The notes beneath the pieces are model-generated. The model was given only the letters and a program-made list of their open reading frames with translations, made no database searches and was not told the origin of the DNA. This document shows, piece by piece, positions 1 through 14,733 of a stretch of 64,000 nt of DNA (its first letter is position 1; every line of letters begins with the position of its first letter). The position numbers and the translations under genes are program-made. Where the stretch lies: the NCBI RefSeq assembly GCF_037042905.1, contig NC_087251.1:28522001-28586000 (forward strand). Reading direction: 5' to 3'. This stretch comes from Lytechinus pictus (Eukaryota).

Positions 1-1451
1 TGTAGAGTCATGCTTTGCTGAATGTGCAAAGGCTGGACTTTTGACAAGGGACCATGTGATCACAGGCTCATGATGCAGCCATCAGACCATGACACTTATT
101 TCATTCATCCAGTTAGGCAGCTTGATTCCTTTGGCATTGAGAGAAACAAAGGAAAGTGGACATGCTTTTCAGACTATGGCTATTATGTCTCATTCAACCA
201 TGTAAAAGTGTTGAAAGGAACCCCCTTTGAAAAAAAAATTCATGGAAAGAGAATGAAAGATTCAAATAAAGAGATTAAAACAGAGATCACCCTTCAGTAT
301 GCTCACACAAGCTCAGATGTAAACACAAGACAAACACACAGTCACATACACACAACGCACCAATCATCATTCATTCATTCATTCATTGAGTGCAGGTGTG
401 GATGTGAGGTCGATGTCTTCCTGTGCATGCAGTGCAGCGCTGCACGATCAGCTACTACTAGTACCACGAATCATTAGTCTGCTGATACGGCTGGAGGGAG
501 GACGTGTGCTGTTGTATTCATGATTCTTTACTCTTCATCACAACCCCTCGCAATCAAAACCACCTGCACTCTGCATCACGTGTACTACGGAATCTACAAA
601 TCAAACAAAATATGACTTTTCATCAGTGCGCATGAGATTACATGAAATAGTGGCCCTTTGTGTTGACTAGGAGATGGATGTAGCGTAATGATGGAAGCTT
701 TGAGCCTTGGATGATGTAAGTATCACAGCTTTCTCGCAGCAGGATTTGTGGTTAGAGCATATATAAGAGCTGTCTATGAAGGGATAAAACTTGCGGTGTC
801 AAATGAATCCTTTTGCATTCAAGGAATTCAAGGAGAGCCGGCCATTGCAGCTACATTATTGTTCTTTCAAGTCTCCCATTTCTATATTGATAATGGGCAA
901 TTATGTTTGACGGATATTACATGTCGTTGCTGCATGTAAATCTGTACATCATTTAAAACGGACTCTTCAATCTTCCCTCTTGAAGCTGTGTAGTCAAATG
1001 TGTGAGGAATAACTGATCAACCGATCAACCACTTGGATTTCTTATCTTGGAATAATTGCATCTATGGCTGTAATTTGATGTTGTCTTCATTAGAATTTTC
1101 AAACCCTGGAAATCTTGGAAGTTAATAGAGAAATTGTATATTGATTCTCAAAATGTATCATCCTTCGTGTACCTCAACACATTCATCAATTTTGCTCTGT
1201 AATCCCTAACATCCGCACACCACTCGCGTGTCTGGCGCTATCAGACCCTCCAGAGCTGAGCAGAGGTGGCTTGGAAGCAACAATTAGCTAGTGTCCTATC
1301 TTCCTTTCTTTGCTCTGAAAACACACTTCCTAACTTAAAGAAAATAGACTCTGAAGAAAAGGATAATTCTATAAGAGAGGTGATGACCTGACACTGACCT
1401 GAGGCTTACCCCTGACCGTTAAGACCCTACCCAAAATCTGGATGCGTAATC

Positions 1452-1505
1452 ATGCTCTCGTCCCCGATCACCCCGAAGCGTCGGACTCTGGTTCCGCTTG
1501 GAAAT
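1452..1505 (+). CDS. Candidate alternative first coding exon (MLSSPITPKRRTLVPLGN)
   Basis: ATG with A at -3, in-frame stop upstream at 1413, locally GC/CpG-rich, donor AAT|gtaagt in phase 0 matching exon 14503. Confidence 0.5.
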
Positions 1506-4500
1506 GTAAGTTGATCCCTATAGCCAATCCTTGACCAAGATTCTCTCCTTGTTTGATTTCAATGAGCGATGATATTGTGCTAATTTTAGTCTCATTTGAC
1601 CTTCTTTTTGGTAATCTTTTTCAAATAGTGCAATTCCTGTTTTGAACTTGAGTAACAACAGAATTTCATTATTTCCATTTTGGATACATTACTTTACAGT
1701 AAGTTCTGAATAGTCTTCAGATTTTTTAAAGCTTACCTATTTGTCTTTCTTCATCAGCTCTCTTTTTTTTGTCCCATGAAATTGTCTCCCAAAACAATTA
1801 TTACAAATTTTAGTTAACCACTGAAAGTAATCCATTTCCGTTCTTCATAAAAACAGGAGCTTTTGCATTTCTTGAAAAAATATACAATCACTACCATACA
1901 ACAGAAATGATTTGACATTACAAATTTGATAGTTTTTTTAGATTTTTTTAACATTATAATTAATACTGTGAGGTATAACTGTAAAACAAGTGTTAATGAT
2001 TATTTAGGATTATGACATAGGCCTAATATACTTCCAAATATTGATAAAATATTTTATGTATTCACAAAGTAAAAAAAAAATAGGCCCAAATAGAGTCTAT
2101 AGACTATGACCATCCACAGACCAACACTTATCAAACTACTGTAGAAATCTATTACTTCCAATTGAAAGCAAATAAACTAAAACATTGTTTATCAGTGGGA
2201 TTTTGTGATGTAGATAACCTCTCAACCCAAGTTCATTGGTATTTACAAGTCAAGGAATTGATCTTATTTTTCACATCTAAATAAACATGGAGACTGTTTT
2301 GATGTTCAGTAATGTCTCCTATGGGCAAAGAAGTTAAATCATCAAGAAGATCAGTTTCACAATAATCTCAGATTATTTAAATTTCTGGAGAGTATATCTA
2401 TCAAGGGGGTTGCTTGTTTTGATTTATCTATATTTTTATTTTCCTAGAAGACAATCTCTTGTAACCAAATTTTCCATTATAGTTGCTGAAATTGTGAAAA
2501 TGGACTGAATCAAGAATATTGAACTTGACAGCTAGTTAGCTAATTTGAATTAAAAACAAATACATAAAAACCTAATAAAATCAAGGATTAAGCATATTCA
2601 AATATCTTTTGTTATTACTGCATTATATTTTGTTGAGGCAGCATATCATTATTTATTGTTTGGCTGAAGCATAATTAAGAAGTACAACTTTAACAAGTAA
2701 AACTTCTTTGAAATTGAAGAAGGTTAAGATAACATTGAGTATATCTCATGTCTCCAAACAGTGACTGTTTGCACTTTTTGAACTTCATGTACTTTCCCCT
2801 TGAAAATCATTGTGTAATTGGCATTTTGCAGACAATCGGGAAAGGTCATGTTGATTATTAATAAAATAAAAGCAGTCTATTTATGTTTTGACATCTTATG
2901 TCTGAATTTATGTTACTTTCTCATATTTCTTGTAAATTTTAAGTACAATAGACCCAACCCAGTTTTCTTCTTTTTACTGTTCTGTTATTCTATCGTTTTT
3001 GAAGGCTAGATATTGTTATCTAGAGCATTCAAGCTCAAATTCACATTCCTACTTATTTTTCTTCTTGACACAATGGTTGTATATCAGCGACTTTGAAAGA
3101 AAAACAAGTTCATATTCAAATGATAAATTTCAACTGCCATTGAGGAATGGTTATTAACCAGTCTGATGTGCTTATTTTGAACCTGCATTTGATTATTGAG
3201 CCATTTAACTTTGTTCTCAATCTCAACACACTCAAAACATGCATTTGATTTTTTTTTTAATTGAATTTAAATGCAACTCTTTTTGCTATCGGCCCCTGTT
3301 GCCATGGCAATGTCGATTCTATCTTCAAAGTGAAGTCAAAAGAAGGAACCACACTTCAAGGATCATGATGATGGGGATCTACAAATTCTACACCACATAC
3401 CCCAGTAACAACAATACATGATGACACAGAATAATTGAAAAGAAGAGCATCTTATCCTATAGAGTAGAACTGATCCTAATCTGTGCACTGAGCTAATCCT
3501 ACACTCATCATTGAACAATTGTTCATATGGCTTCTTAAGCCTCAGTCACATTGGTGACAAACTGACTCCATACTGACCAAATCGCATGGGGCAGTTTTGT
3601 TGGTGTGACCGAGGCAGTGTAGTAGACTATGGACAGACTTAAATGCTTAATTCTCAATCTCATGTTAAGATATGGAGCAATATGAAAGTCTGCATAGTTG
3701 GAAGCTGCATAGGTAGGGGTCAAACCAGTTTAGTGACCACATCTCAACGAAGGGAATTTTTTCTATTTCATTTGAATATATGGTTTATCCTTTTAGAAAT
3801 TAGCAAGAAATGAAGAAACAAGATGAAAAAAAGAAAGATTTTTGATGAATTGAATACACTCTGATAATGGATGGTTGAATGAAGTATACTGATGTAGGTT
3901 AGAGTATTTATCTAGCCAAACTAGAACACTGAGAGATGATATACATCCATCTAACATTACACATACAAGAATATTTTAAAGATAAACACATCAAATATTA
4001 TGGAATTACGCGTCTTTAAGCTAGTACCATGCACCATTGTTCACACATCTTCTATTAATAATAAATGAACCAATTAGAAGCACACTGCTGATAAACACGT
4101 CATTGGAGCAAGCTGAGGATTGTTTTCTTTTTACTTGATATTTGACATGTCATTGAAATTATTAGTCTATGACTGCTTTCAGCCATTTGCAATTTTAAAT
4201 GAAGTAGAAATAATGGTAATGTTTCAGTATATTATTATACAAATTATCATTATCATGTATGCAATTATTTATAATACACAATGCATCTATAGAGAAATGT
4301 GTATGGAGAGATTAATATGATCAATGCTCCATGCATATCATTATAGCAAACATGTGACTCATCACTTATCTCACTTCTTTGATTTTATCAAGCTAATGGA
4401 ATTCAATTCAGTTGTCTCTTTATTCAATCGAATATGCAAAACATGGGAAATTAATGCATTCTTCATATTTTATTATTGTGGGAAATGTCAATTAAAGCTG

Positions 4501-7500
4501 TGTTTATAGGTACCGATTATAAGGATATTAGTTGCATTTTGAATGAGGATGTAAAACTTCATGGTTTAATAAACATTTTAAATCAGTTATTTGAATTCAA
4601 AGGCTTAATTAAATGAAGGATGCACTCCTTGTTTAATATATATTATAATTTAGACTATAATCATGTCTGATTTCTCTCTTCAACTCATTTTGGAAGAATG
4701 TGCGTTTTATTATTGCAAACACAATACATCATGGCGATGTTGGTTTTGTTTGCCCAAAGTCACCATAGCCCATACAAACGTGTTTAAACAGCGGCACAAA
4801 ATAGGCCAAATATATGGTCAGCAAGAGGAGTATGAAAAGGTCAGCTGTGCTGTTCCCTAGGTTTTCTCATGCTTGGTTTGCATTGACTTGTCATATCTTT
4901 GAATGAATCTTAGAAGCTATTTATCATAAATATTATAATCATTTATTTAGTCAGTCCAAAGTATTATGTGCCATGAAAGATTAGGGTTAGACTGCAAAAC
5001 TTAATTGCCTAGTGAGCGTACTGAAAGACAAATAGGCTTTTAAAAATACATGATTTTTACCTTTTGTTTTTTTGTGTGTTTTCTTTTTTTGGGAGGTGAT
5101 GAATCATTTTGAGTTATCCTTTTTTTCTCCTTGATCATTCTTAAAGAAATTATATGTTTTGTATGAATCATAACTCCAATATTAGAATAAAATCTTATTC
5201 TACATGTCTTTTGATACTGATCCAAACGCACCAAGTTATTATACTTTTGGATTTTTGTTTTGATAATACTTTTTAATTAAAATCATACTAAAAACTTGAT
5301 TGAGGGCTTTTAAGACAAATTATTATTGGAAACATATGTCTTTGTTTCACAAAGTTTTTATAGATCATGTTTCCCCCAGGGGCCGCGATAGAATTAACTG
5401 ACTTTTTAAACTATTTTTAAGTCTCTACTCGAGGTGATGGAACTATGTACTGTTGGCTGTATATCAATTTGTAGCAATGTTTTCATTTTGTCATGGGCTT
5501 GAACATAAGTCAGTATTATTCCATGGCAAGGTAATGAAATATATATCTTTTGTATTTAAACTCTTAAGCTAGCTGTTTGAGAGCTTTTATTTAATTTGGT
5601 CGTCAACTACTCAACTTGTCACATTTTCCACAAATTTTCTGCAGTTTTACTTAATATAATTCCGATACAAATTTGAAAAAGTTTTGGATAAAAGCTTCAA
5701 AATGGATGACCTGAGAAATTAGAGTCAGGTTCAACACTAATACAGCACCGATAATGATCTACACACTGTGAATCTAATTTTACAGGTCATAGAAATAGTT
5801 ACATTGCTAGAAGGGTTTAAGACCTGAACGGAATAAAGGGATTTACATTATGATGAACTCAAGTTATTATTCCATGTTTTTCTTTGAGAAGAGAGTATTG
5901 TCATAATTTTTTATTAGTATCAAGTCTCTGACTTATGATTCCCTCAAAATGAATTGTTGCAGTGGATATGATAAATGACATCCGTTACTTTTCAATACTG
6001 TGGTTGGTATAATTGTCTCATAATCTTTAATATTAAAAAAATGAAACGTTAGCAGTTTGCTTCCATATGAAAAATTGTTGATTTTTATCTGTTTGACTTA
6101 GAAATATGTAGCTATGTCTTTAAAATGTACCAGTTCTGTATTTTGGTAGGAAATTGTCCTGGCAACATACCCCCCCCCCCCCCCTTAGTATAATGCAACA
6201 TGGAGAATTAGATAACAAAGTGATAAAACTCTTGACCAATTTGTCTTTGAATTTTCTCATTTCTTATTTTCAAAGATATACACTGTATGTGTGTTTTATT
6301 GTTATATGAAAAGACATGTATTATAGCTCTCTACTAGGTATATACTGAATTACATCAGAACAGAATTCAAGTTGTGGGGAAGGTGAACACAATCATTGTA
6401 AGGTTTCAACTAGATCATGTTATTAAGAAAAAAAAATATTATAATGAAAAAGTCGTGTGGAGCAGATATGTTTGCTCCTGTGATTCCCTTACATAAATGA
6501 TATAGGAATTACTAGGAGAAACATTTTTGGACCGACCATTAGCATGAATGCATTGTGTTTGCAGTGCATGCGATTCAAGTAATACAGAGTTAAATGCTGA
6601 TCATTTTGGTGATCATTTTGGTGATTTCCTAATGTTCCAGCATACCCTTAGTATTAGGTGCAATAAAATAAACAGTTTCCGATCACTTTGAAACATATTT
6701 TACTGAGAATTTAATCTCAGTTCTTTTCATTATCTTTTGAAAAGTATGATTTGTAGGAGTGTAAATGAGCCATGCAGTCAAAGGTGTTTTTTTTCTGGTG
6801 GTTCCAGGGATCTTTAGCTACATGATGATTGTACAGACCTTTGATCTTTACTGCATACTATTTTATTTGAGGATCATGCTCTGATAATCTCACATATCAA
6901 CACCAAGTGAAATGTTATTTACTTCCACACATACATCGCAGCCATAAACACTCAACATATATTTTCAGGTAAATCATGTAGGCTATCTTACAGCCATTAC
7001 GAGCCATTTCAAAATGAGCTGTTCCATATGGCTGTTGTTTTAAGTCCTGTATGAATCAGAGTATCCGTCCAATAATTGAATAATGACCCTTGTCCTCTGT
7101 TTCTTTGGTCTTGAGCATCTTTGTTTCTTATTGCCCTGCCTCTGGTGTTGAGCATCTTTGTTTCTTATTGCTCTGCCTATTAGGGAAAATTGAAAGTTGG
7201 TTTCATATTCTGAAACATTCTCCAGATCTATCTATACCTTACTAACATTTTCAAATAATCAGTTTGCATTTTATTTTAGCAAGAATCTTATTTGGTGTGT
7301 TTTATAGCTGCATTAAAAATTGTTTCTTCTTTTTCATTACTTAGTTTCCATTTTATATACCTACATCATTATGCAATCAAGGTTAAATGCTGGATGGTTA
7401 TTGATAAAGCACAAATATTACTTGTTTATCTAATCTATATTGATTTCTGATTATAGCGAAAAAGATGTAGATCTGTCCATTCATGGGTCCTTGGTCCATT

Positions 7501-9908
7501 GTAAATTTGGCCTTGGATTTGTGATATCTGTAGATCAGTGAGACACTACATTACTTTATATCTGTAATGACCTGAATTTAACTTATTAGTTCTAAACTCT
7601 TAAGTGTTAATTTTAATATTAAAGTTTTCTAGAGTTTGCAACTAGATGCATATATTTTCCACAAATAAGATTTGATATTAGAAGGAGCTTATTTATTCAA
7701 TATTCCACATGGGCATTGACTGACATCAATGTTTTTCACAGACTGACCACCAGTGATATCTGTCACCTTTCATAGGTCATGAAGGTCAAACTCCATTGGG
7801 TATATTTAATACACTAATTTAATCAGGTCAAGCAATTAGAAAATAAGTGTGCAGCTGTTAATCACTGAGTGCTTTGTTTGATGTTATTTTCACAAATTAA
7901 TTACTTCATAGTCACAGAAAGTTAGGATGGAAGTTACATTTCAAACAGCTGAAGTCCAAATTTAAACTTTTTCTTGCAGATCACACTCTCTTTTTATTGT
8001 AAAATAAAGATATTCACCTTTATACCATTTTCATAACATTTTGCTTTATAGAGCTGCAACAAGGGGGCTTTGAAAAATCAAGTTAAGTACAAGGTGCCCA
8101 CGTGTTGGGAGTTTCCTAAGTAACCATAAGTTCCTTTTCTTTTCTCATTACTTAGTAAAACAAAGATTGAGCAGAAATATAATATAGAAAATATTTTTAT
8201 TTTTTTTAATGATTCTGTATTAGATTGCGTAATTCATCTTGTTCATCCATAATTGACCTCAAAATCAAACATGCCTATCTTGCATAAGGTATGTTTATGA
8301 AAAAATTAGGTTCTTTACCATACCCTTTTAATGTTTAAGTTGGTCATTAATATAAAGTAATTTACAGTCGTGAAACCTGATAGGAACAAAAGAAAAGCAT
8401 TGTTTCAATGAAGTCTAGTTTGCACTAAACAGGGAATCGTAACTAGGAATTCACTTCATGGGGGATTATGTACAGTATATTAATGTATTCATGCTGCACC
8501 CGTAACATTTTTGTGCATTTTCAAATTTTGGGTCATAGAATGCAGATTAGTGTTTGCCTGATTGTGTGGATGGTTGTGTTTGTGATGTGAACCTCGTTAG
8601 TAAAGCTGGTAGTTTATATGTACCTCCATGATGGACAAACCTCAGAACCACTCGCTAGTTAGCTAATTGATGGTCAAAATCCATACCAATTAATGAAGCC
8701 AGGGACAAATGATGAGAGAGAAGGCTAACACTCTCACAGCAGTCCTCTAAAATAATTGCTATCCATTTCAACTTATAATGAAGTCCACTTTTCACAACCT
8801 TGATATGATAGTAAAATGCCAGGGTAAAATGTTTGCTGTGTTCACACGTAAAGATCAGGGCCTTTTGAAAAAAAGTTATATTTAAATGTAATTCAATGAT
8901 TTTAGTGTGGCATTCGATTGCAACTCTTTCTGCATCAGGGATATAATGAAATGCTACAGCGATAAAATTGATTATTTTGCATCTGAATACTGACTAATGA
9001 AACCATTGACCAATAAAATATCAAAGGCCCTACATCTATAACAAAGCTACAGTCTGATCATTGTTTTCAACTCCAACCCAATCATGATTTTAGACCTTAA
9101 TGTATTGGGATAATCATGGAACTGTATTTCTGCACAGAGCTTGATAGGAGCATGTGCAGAAGCTAACACCGCCAACTTGCAGTGTTAAATTGCATGTTTA
9201 TTACAATGCTTATTCAGAGAGTCTATAAATGAAATATGACGTTTCTTTATTGAAGAAGAATCTAACAAAAGATGGACATTTTTTGTATGAACAGACTGCT
9301 CCTGTGGCTCCATAACCAAGACCTTGTTTGAGTTGTTTCCATAACCAACAATAATTAGTTACCTTCATACAGATATTTATATAATGAACTTGATGGATGC
9401 GGACTATGGGTCAAGGATATTGACTATCTTTCTATTATTCAAAGTGTAAATACGATAGCCTGTTGATTTAATGGTCATTTTTGGCTTTCTATTCAAGTGA
9501 CATCTCATTGGGATGTGGTAAGATAAGTTTGCACCATTAATTATTGATTGATAGTCCAAGTGATTTTTATGTAGGCCTATACAGTGTCGCTGCATAGTGC
9601 AAGAAATAAGAACTTTTTTATAAAGAACTTGCAAGCAAACACACTGCCTTTGAATTGGATATATATCTATTGATATCAAAGCAATCTGTTGGATGCAATG
9701 ATAATTTTTATTTTTCCTGAGCCTTGATTTAATTTTCTCTTTTAAAAGATCCTTGTATATTTATGAAGGTTGCATATCCCTGTGCAAGACATATTCTCTA
9801 ATTACCTTTTCTTTCAATCACTTGCTTCATATCTTGATTAGAAAGCTATCTTCCTTGTTAACCTTTAAATTCCCAATTCTGCAGCCATCCACCCCCTTAT
9901 ACTTGTGG

Positions 9909-9910
<2 letters not shown>

Positions 9911-9962
<52 letters not shown>

Positions 9963-9972
9963 CATATATATA
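9911..9972. repeat. (TA)n microsatellite
   Basis: Direct reading. Confidence 0.95.
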
Positions 9973-11056
9973 GTATACATGCCCTAGATACTTAAGCAAT
10001 GCATTCTTTACAAAGCATTCATTTGGATGCTAACAAAACACTGGCAGACCATATTTTTGTTGATATATATATATTATCATTCTGCAATATAAAATATGCA
10101 CCTGCAAAATTCTCAATTCCATATTTTGTTTATAATTGATAAGGATATGCACTTTATTCTATGAGCAAAATAATATGACCAAGGTGTTATAATCAGGACT
10201 CGTTTGTAGGGCATTATACAACTCACAGCAAGTCTAGCTTGGAGCCCATATTACTGCAGATCGCCCCCCCCCCCCCCCACAGGAGGTGTGTGGTGAAGTT
10301 GAAGTGAATTCAATCATTCTATGGTCACATGCTGCTTGAGCATATGATAGGTCATCTGGCATGAACATTCCTGCTCTAGTGAAAACCAATCATAGTTTCC
10401 TTATGAATCTAACCACAACCATGAAAAAAAATTGAATAAATGAATTTGTTTCACAATAATTGAATGAACACTCACTTTCATTATCATTCATGACCTAATA
10501 CACTGGTGGAATTGATATTTACATGATCATTATTGAAAATGATGATTATCATATTTAGTTTTGTTTACTGCATTTTGGTTACAGGCAAATTAAAGATAAT
10601 AAAATGAAGGTAGTGACATGTGCCAGCATTGTGCAGTTTCTGTGCCTTGTTCTCCATCCAGCCTATCTACCAATGTACACACACTGCATCATTGTTACCC
10701 CCCTTGCTTTACAAATGAATCCTGACAGCACTTCATGTGTGCTGTCTAATCCACTTCATATTTGATGCAATTTACCTGCCTTATTTCAAAGCCATCAGCA
10801 TGACAGACTGCAGTACAAGTTGTTTATATATCGACAGACACCAGGAACAAGTGCCTTTGTAGTTCAGATTGTAAAACAATATGAGTCAGTTTCTAAATCA
10901 CTGAGCAATTAGCCACTTTCCTCCTTTGTTAAACAGTGCAGAGCTTTGATCCTAATGAATATGAAGCCTGAACTAATTAGAGCTTGCCGGTAGAGGACCA
11001 GAATGAATCAATGTGTTGTACTGGTATTACTTCTCTATTGTATTGATTTACAAATA

Positions 11057-11512
11057 TGCTTTTCACACTACATTTCCCTAACCCCATACTATCCTTAACC
11101 CCGGACTACCCTTAACCCTGGACTACCCTTAACCCCATACTATCTTTTTTTGGTTTCACACTGTCTTTCTTAACCCCATACTATTTGCATAGCCCGGGTT
11201 AACGCCTTAACCCGGGCTATCGCACAGCTCATGAATATTGATGATTTTGCCATACAGAGCGTGATTAACATGCAATTTCTGTGATTGGCTAATGCCTAGC
11301 CCCACTCTTCCTTAGCCCAGTTTCGTTTCACACTGCATCTCTTAGCACCGCAATGGTGATGCTAGCACCGCAATTAGCCGGCTAACCCTGCTTTTTTTGC
11401 AGGGCAAGATAGTACCGTACTATTTACCGTGCTAGCCCACTTTGCTAAAATGTAGTGTGAAAACGAAGTGGGCTAAGCTTAACCCTGGGAAATATGTGCA
11501 GTGTGAAAAGCA
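11057..11512. mobile_element. MITE, probably PIF/Harbinger-like
   Basis: Inverted ends tatgcttttcacactaca / tgcagtgtgaaaagcata (17/18); internal ~17-nt repeats ccttaaccccggactac. Confidence 0.75.
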
Positions 11513-13576
11513 TACATGTGTAAGACAGTGCAGACTTTGTCATATCCCCTACATTGCTTTTTCATTTTCCTTGTTGTGTGTTTGAAATGGTATTAATGAG
11601 TTTCTGTAACAGCTTTTCTGACACAAATTTAGATTTGAACCAATTTGCTGCATTTGAATAACTTGATTTTTCATATATTTTGGCAGAATGATTTTATAAT
11701 CATGATAAACATATTTTTATAGCGCCATTTCCATATTGGTATTAAAAAATGCTCAAGATGCTTTAAGGAGGCAGAGATGGAAGGAAAATGAGAGAGAGAG
11801 AGATAGAGGAAAAGAGATAGAGATAGACAGACCGAGCTGTCATTCAATCGCATGTTGAAACAAAAAGGACTTCAGTTCGCTTTTTTTACAAATTATTGTT
11901 GAGATAGAATGCACATTTTAAGAGCACTTGTAGAAGACACAAGGATTTAGTAGTTGGTGTAATATCATTTCGAAACAAAGCTCATTGATTACTAGCATGT
12001 ATAATAAATAATTCATCATTGCCAATAATTGTCTTTAATGGCTATTACAAGTTTAATGAGGTGATTATTGGATGGCAATTAAGACAGTATTGAAATAATT
12101 GTGAACTTATGATAAGGTTGTAGATTAGCATGAGAATTCACTGATGATTCAAAATCTCATTATTGACTAATTAAATGGACTCAGGGTGAAATGTACTTGG
12201 AATGGAAGAGGTGGAAACTTAGTCTTGAAATGATCAAGTATAAACTGAGTTCCCTTTCCTTTATCATAAACAGAATATTTAATTGATGATTTTACCAGGA
12301 CACCTTGCTCTCAATGTAGGCCTGAAAAAAAAATGGTTTCAAGTGGCTTCGGAAAAAGAAAAATTGTGCGAAAAGGTGCATCTAGAAGCATTAATGCAAG
12401 GCAGATATAGTGATAGATTGTCTATTCTTACCAAAGGGAATGAAATATTAGCTACAATCATGCCGTGTTGATCATAATTCATTATAATACAAAGTCTGTA
12501 TTCTCATATGATTGAAATCTGTGAAAACAAAACCTTTTTATTCAATTTTTATATTGTGAATTTTGGATATGTTTCTTGATACTTTCTGTATTTCTGCATC
12601 AAAAGCTACTAGATATACTTACAAATACAGTTGATATAGAGGAAAGGCTGAGTCAGCTATTATGAAGTGGACAGAGGCACAGATATATTTTTATTTTTTA
12701 AGAATATAATTTTAACCACTGGATTAATAATGAAGAAACGTCATATCATATACTTTTATTTTAGAGCGCCATACTTTCTTCACATGTTTAGTTCCATTTC
12801 AGTTTAAATAAACCTCTGTCCTTATGGTGATGTATGAACACATTAATTTCATCTGTCATAGACCCTATCTTTCAAACTTTTCCAGCATTCCCCATACTTT
12901 CATCACTTTGGTTCGACCCATTTGTCTCAGATTTCTGCTTGCTGTGAAAACAGCACATTTTAGAGGCAAAACTAGACTTACATCCTTGAATCAAATAGTG
13001 GACATTGACCCCCCCCCCCCCCCCCATCTCTCAGGAAGTTTTCTTCTATTTTTGTATTTCCCCTATGAAATTGTAAGGGAAAGGATTTGTGATTTTGTTT
13101 TTGTAGTTGCAGTTGAGTTTGCAAATATTATTTGATTGTACACATTTTTTGTTATGTTTCTCACTGTTGTGTCTGCCAGGCCATAATTACTTGTATTTCC
13201 CTTGTAATATCACTACATAATTTTGTTTAAGATAAAATTATATTGAATAACATTTACATAATATGGATTTAGCAGTGTTATTGTTAGTTATTTTAACTTG
13301 TGAGGGAGGAGGGAGTATATTGGTAATAGGCTTAAATAGAATGATCAATTTATGTAATTCATAAATCCCAGACTCTTTCAAACCTGTTTTGTGTATTTAA
13401 TTAATAATAATGTTTGGAAATAGGTTTTAAATATGTCATCCAAGGATTCATCTAGGTGTGTTCTCAGGAGGTTACATAAGTGGTGCCTGTTTGTTCTGTT
13501 TCTTATAACACAGACTAATGTAGTTAGGAATGTTTACCGTAATAATCAAGCTTGTCTGCTGTCCATCTTCTTCAAA

Positions 13577-14044
13577 AGGTGGTTTCAAACAGCCTCGATC
13601 ATAAGAATCCCCGTTAAATTGCGAGAACATTTTTAGGCTAAAAAATACCCATTAATTCTTCCTGCATTCACACCGCCCCGAAACATACCCTTCGGAATAA
13701 TTTGAGCATGCGCAGTATGGTCTGAGAAGCAAGCAAGGCGCGAGATTCAAAATCACTAGCTCAGCAGCCACCCACGGCGCCCGCACCCAACTACACACGC
13801 TAGGCTAAAAGTTCCCGTAAATTGCTTTCACATTGCCAAAATACCTGCGACCTTGGAAAAATCCCCACAAAAGTTATCGTAATTTTGACAAGTACCTACT
13901 GTTTAGTGGGTATTTTCTTTCGGGGAGATTACGCGTAATTTGCTTTCACATTGCCAATATTACCTGGTATTTTCTGATCGGGGTAAATTTCCCGATCAGA
14001 AAATACCTGGAACTGACGAACTTCGAGGCGGTCTGAAACCACCT
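13577..14044. mobile_element. MITE, probably PIF/Harbinger-like
   Basis: TIRs aggtggtttcaaacagcctcga / tcgaggcggtctgaaaccacct (20/22); CpG-rich interior; repeated ttgctttcacattgccaa. Confidence 0.8.
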
Positions 14045-14502
14045 ATAGTGTCCGTTGTCTCTCTCTCTCTCTCATGTCTATGAACAGGCTGTAAAGTAAT
14101 CATATCCATATTGTTCCAAAAATGTGCTGGCCTATATGTAGCTTTTATTACTTTTGTATGTCCAGTACATATTGTATGAAACTACTATAGATTTAATAAA
14201 TCTCCTATTAATGGTAACTTCCATAAATTTCTTGACTTTGATTGGCTGTTAAGCATTGCCTTCAGAGTTGTTTAACTAATGACACATAAATGAATTTTAC
14301 ATTGTATGTAACAGGGCCCATGGTTTAGAACTGACCAATTAACCTTTTCTCGGTCAAATTATGTAATAATCTTCGCCTAATTCAAACAGTGTCTTGTATT
14401 TACCAAATTATTTCACAGATTTAACATGTGTATAATTATTTTTAAGATATAAGGCCCACCAGAAACCTTCTTCACCTTCTTCAAAATTGTATTTCCCTTC
14501 AG

Positions 14503-14733
14503 AAATTGGAAGAGGAACTCTCAGCCCACCAAGCCTTGGTGAAGTCTGTTGCCAGACGAGGAGCCAAGCGCAGGGCTCCATCTGACAACAATGAAGAGGG
14601 TAAAGGGATCCCACTGGACCTGGAGATAGACCAGGAACTGGCAGAACAAAGGTCCAAATGGGAAGAGATCTCTAGGCAGGTCGCTGAGAAGAACAGACAG
14701 CTGAATGCATCTCTGGAATACATTAGACCACAG
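14503..14733 (+). CDS. SYNE1: Nesprin exon (KLEEELSAHQ...LEYIRPQ)
   Basis: ttcccttcag|AAA ... CAG|gtattt; 231 nt, phase 0-0. Confidence 0.88.

Noticed and set aside
22..477. 151-aa ORF at the window start
   Set aside because: No recognisable domain or splice support; runs through CA/TCAT low-complexity sequence.
8271..8288. Mini first exon MPILHK|gtatgt in phase 0
   Set aside because: Six codons; expected by chance in a 13-kb intron.
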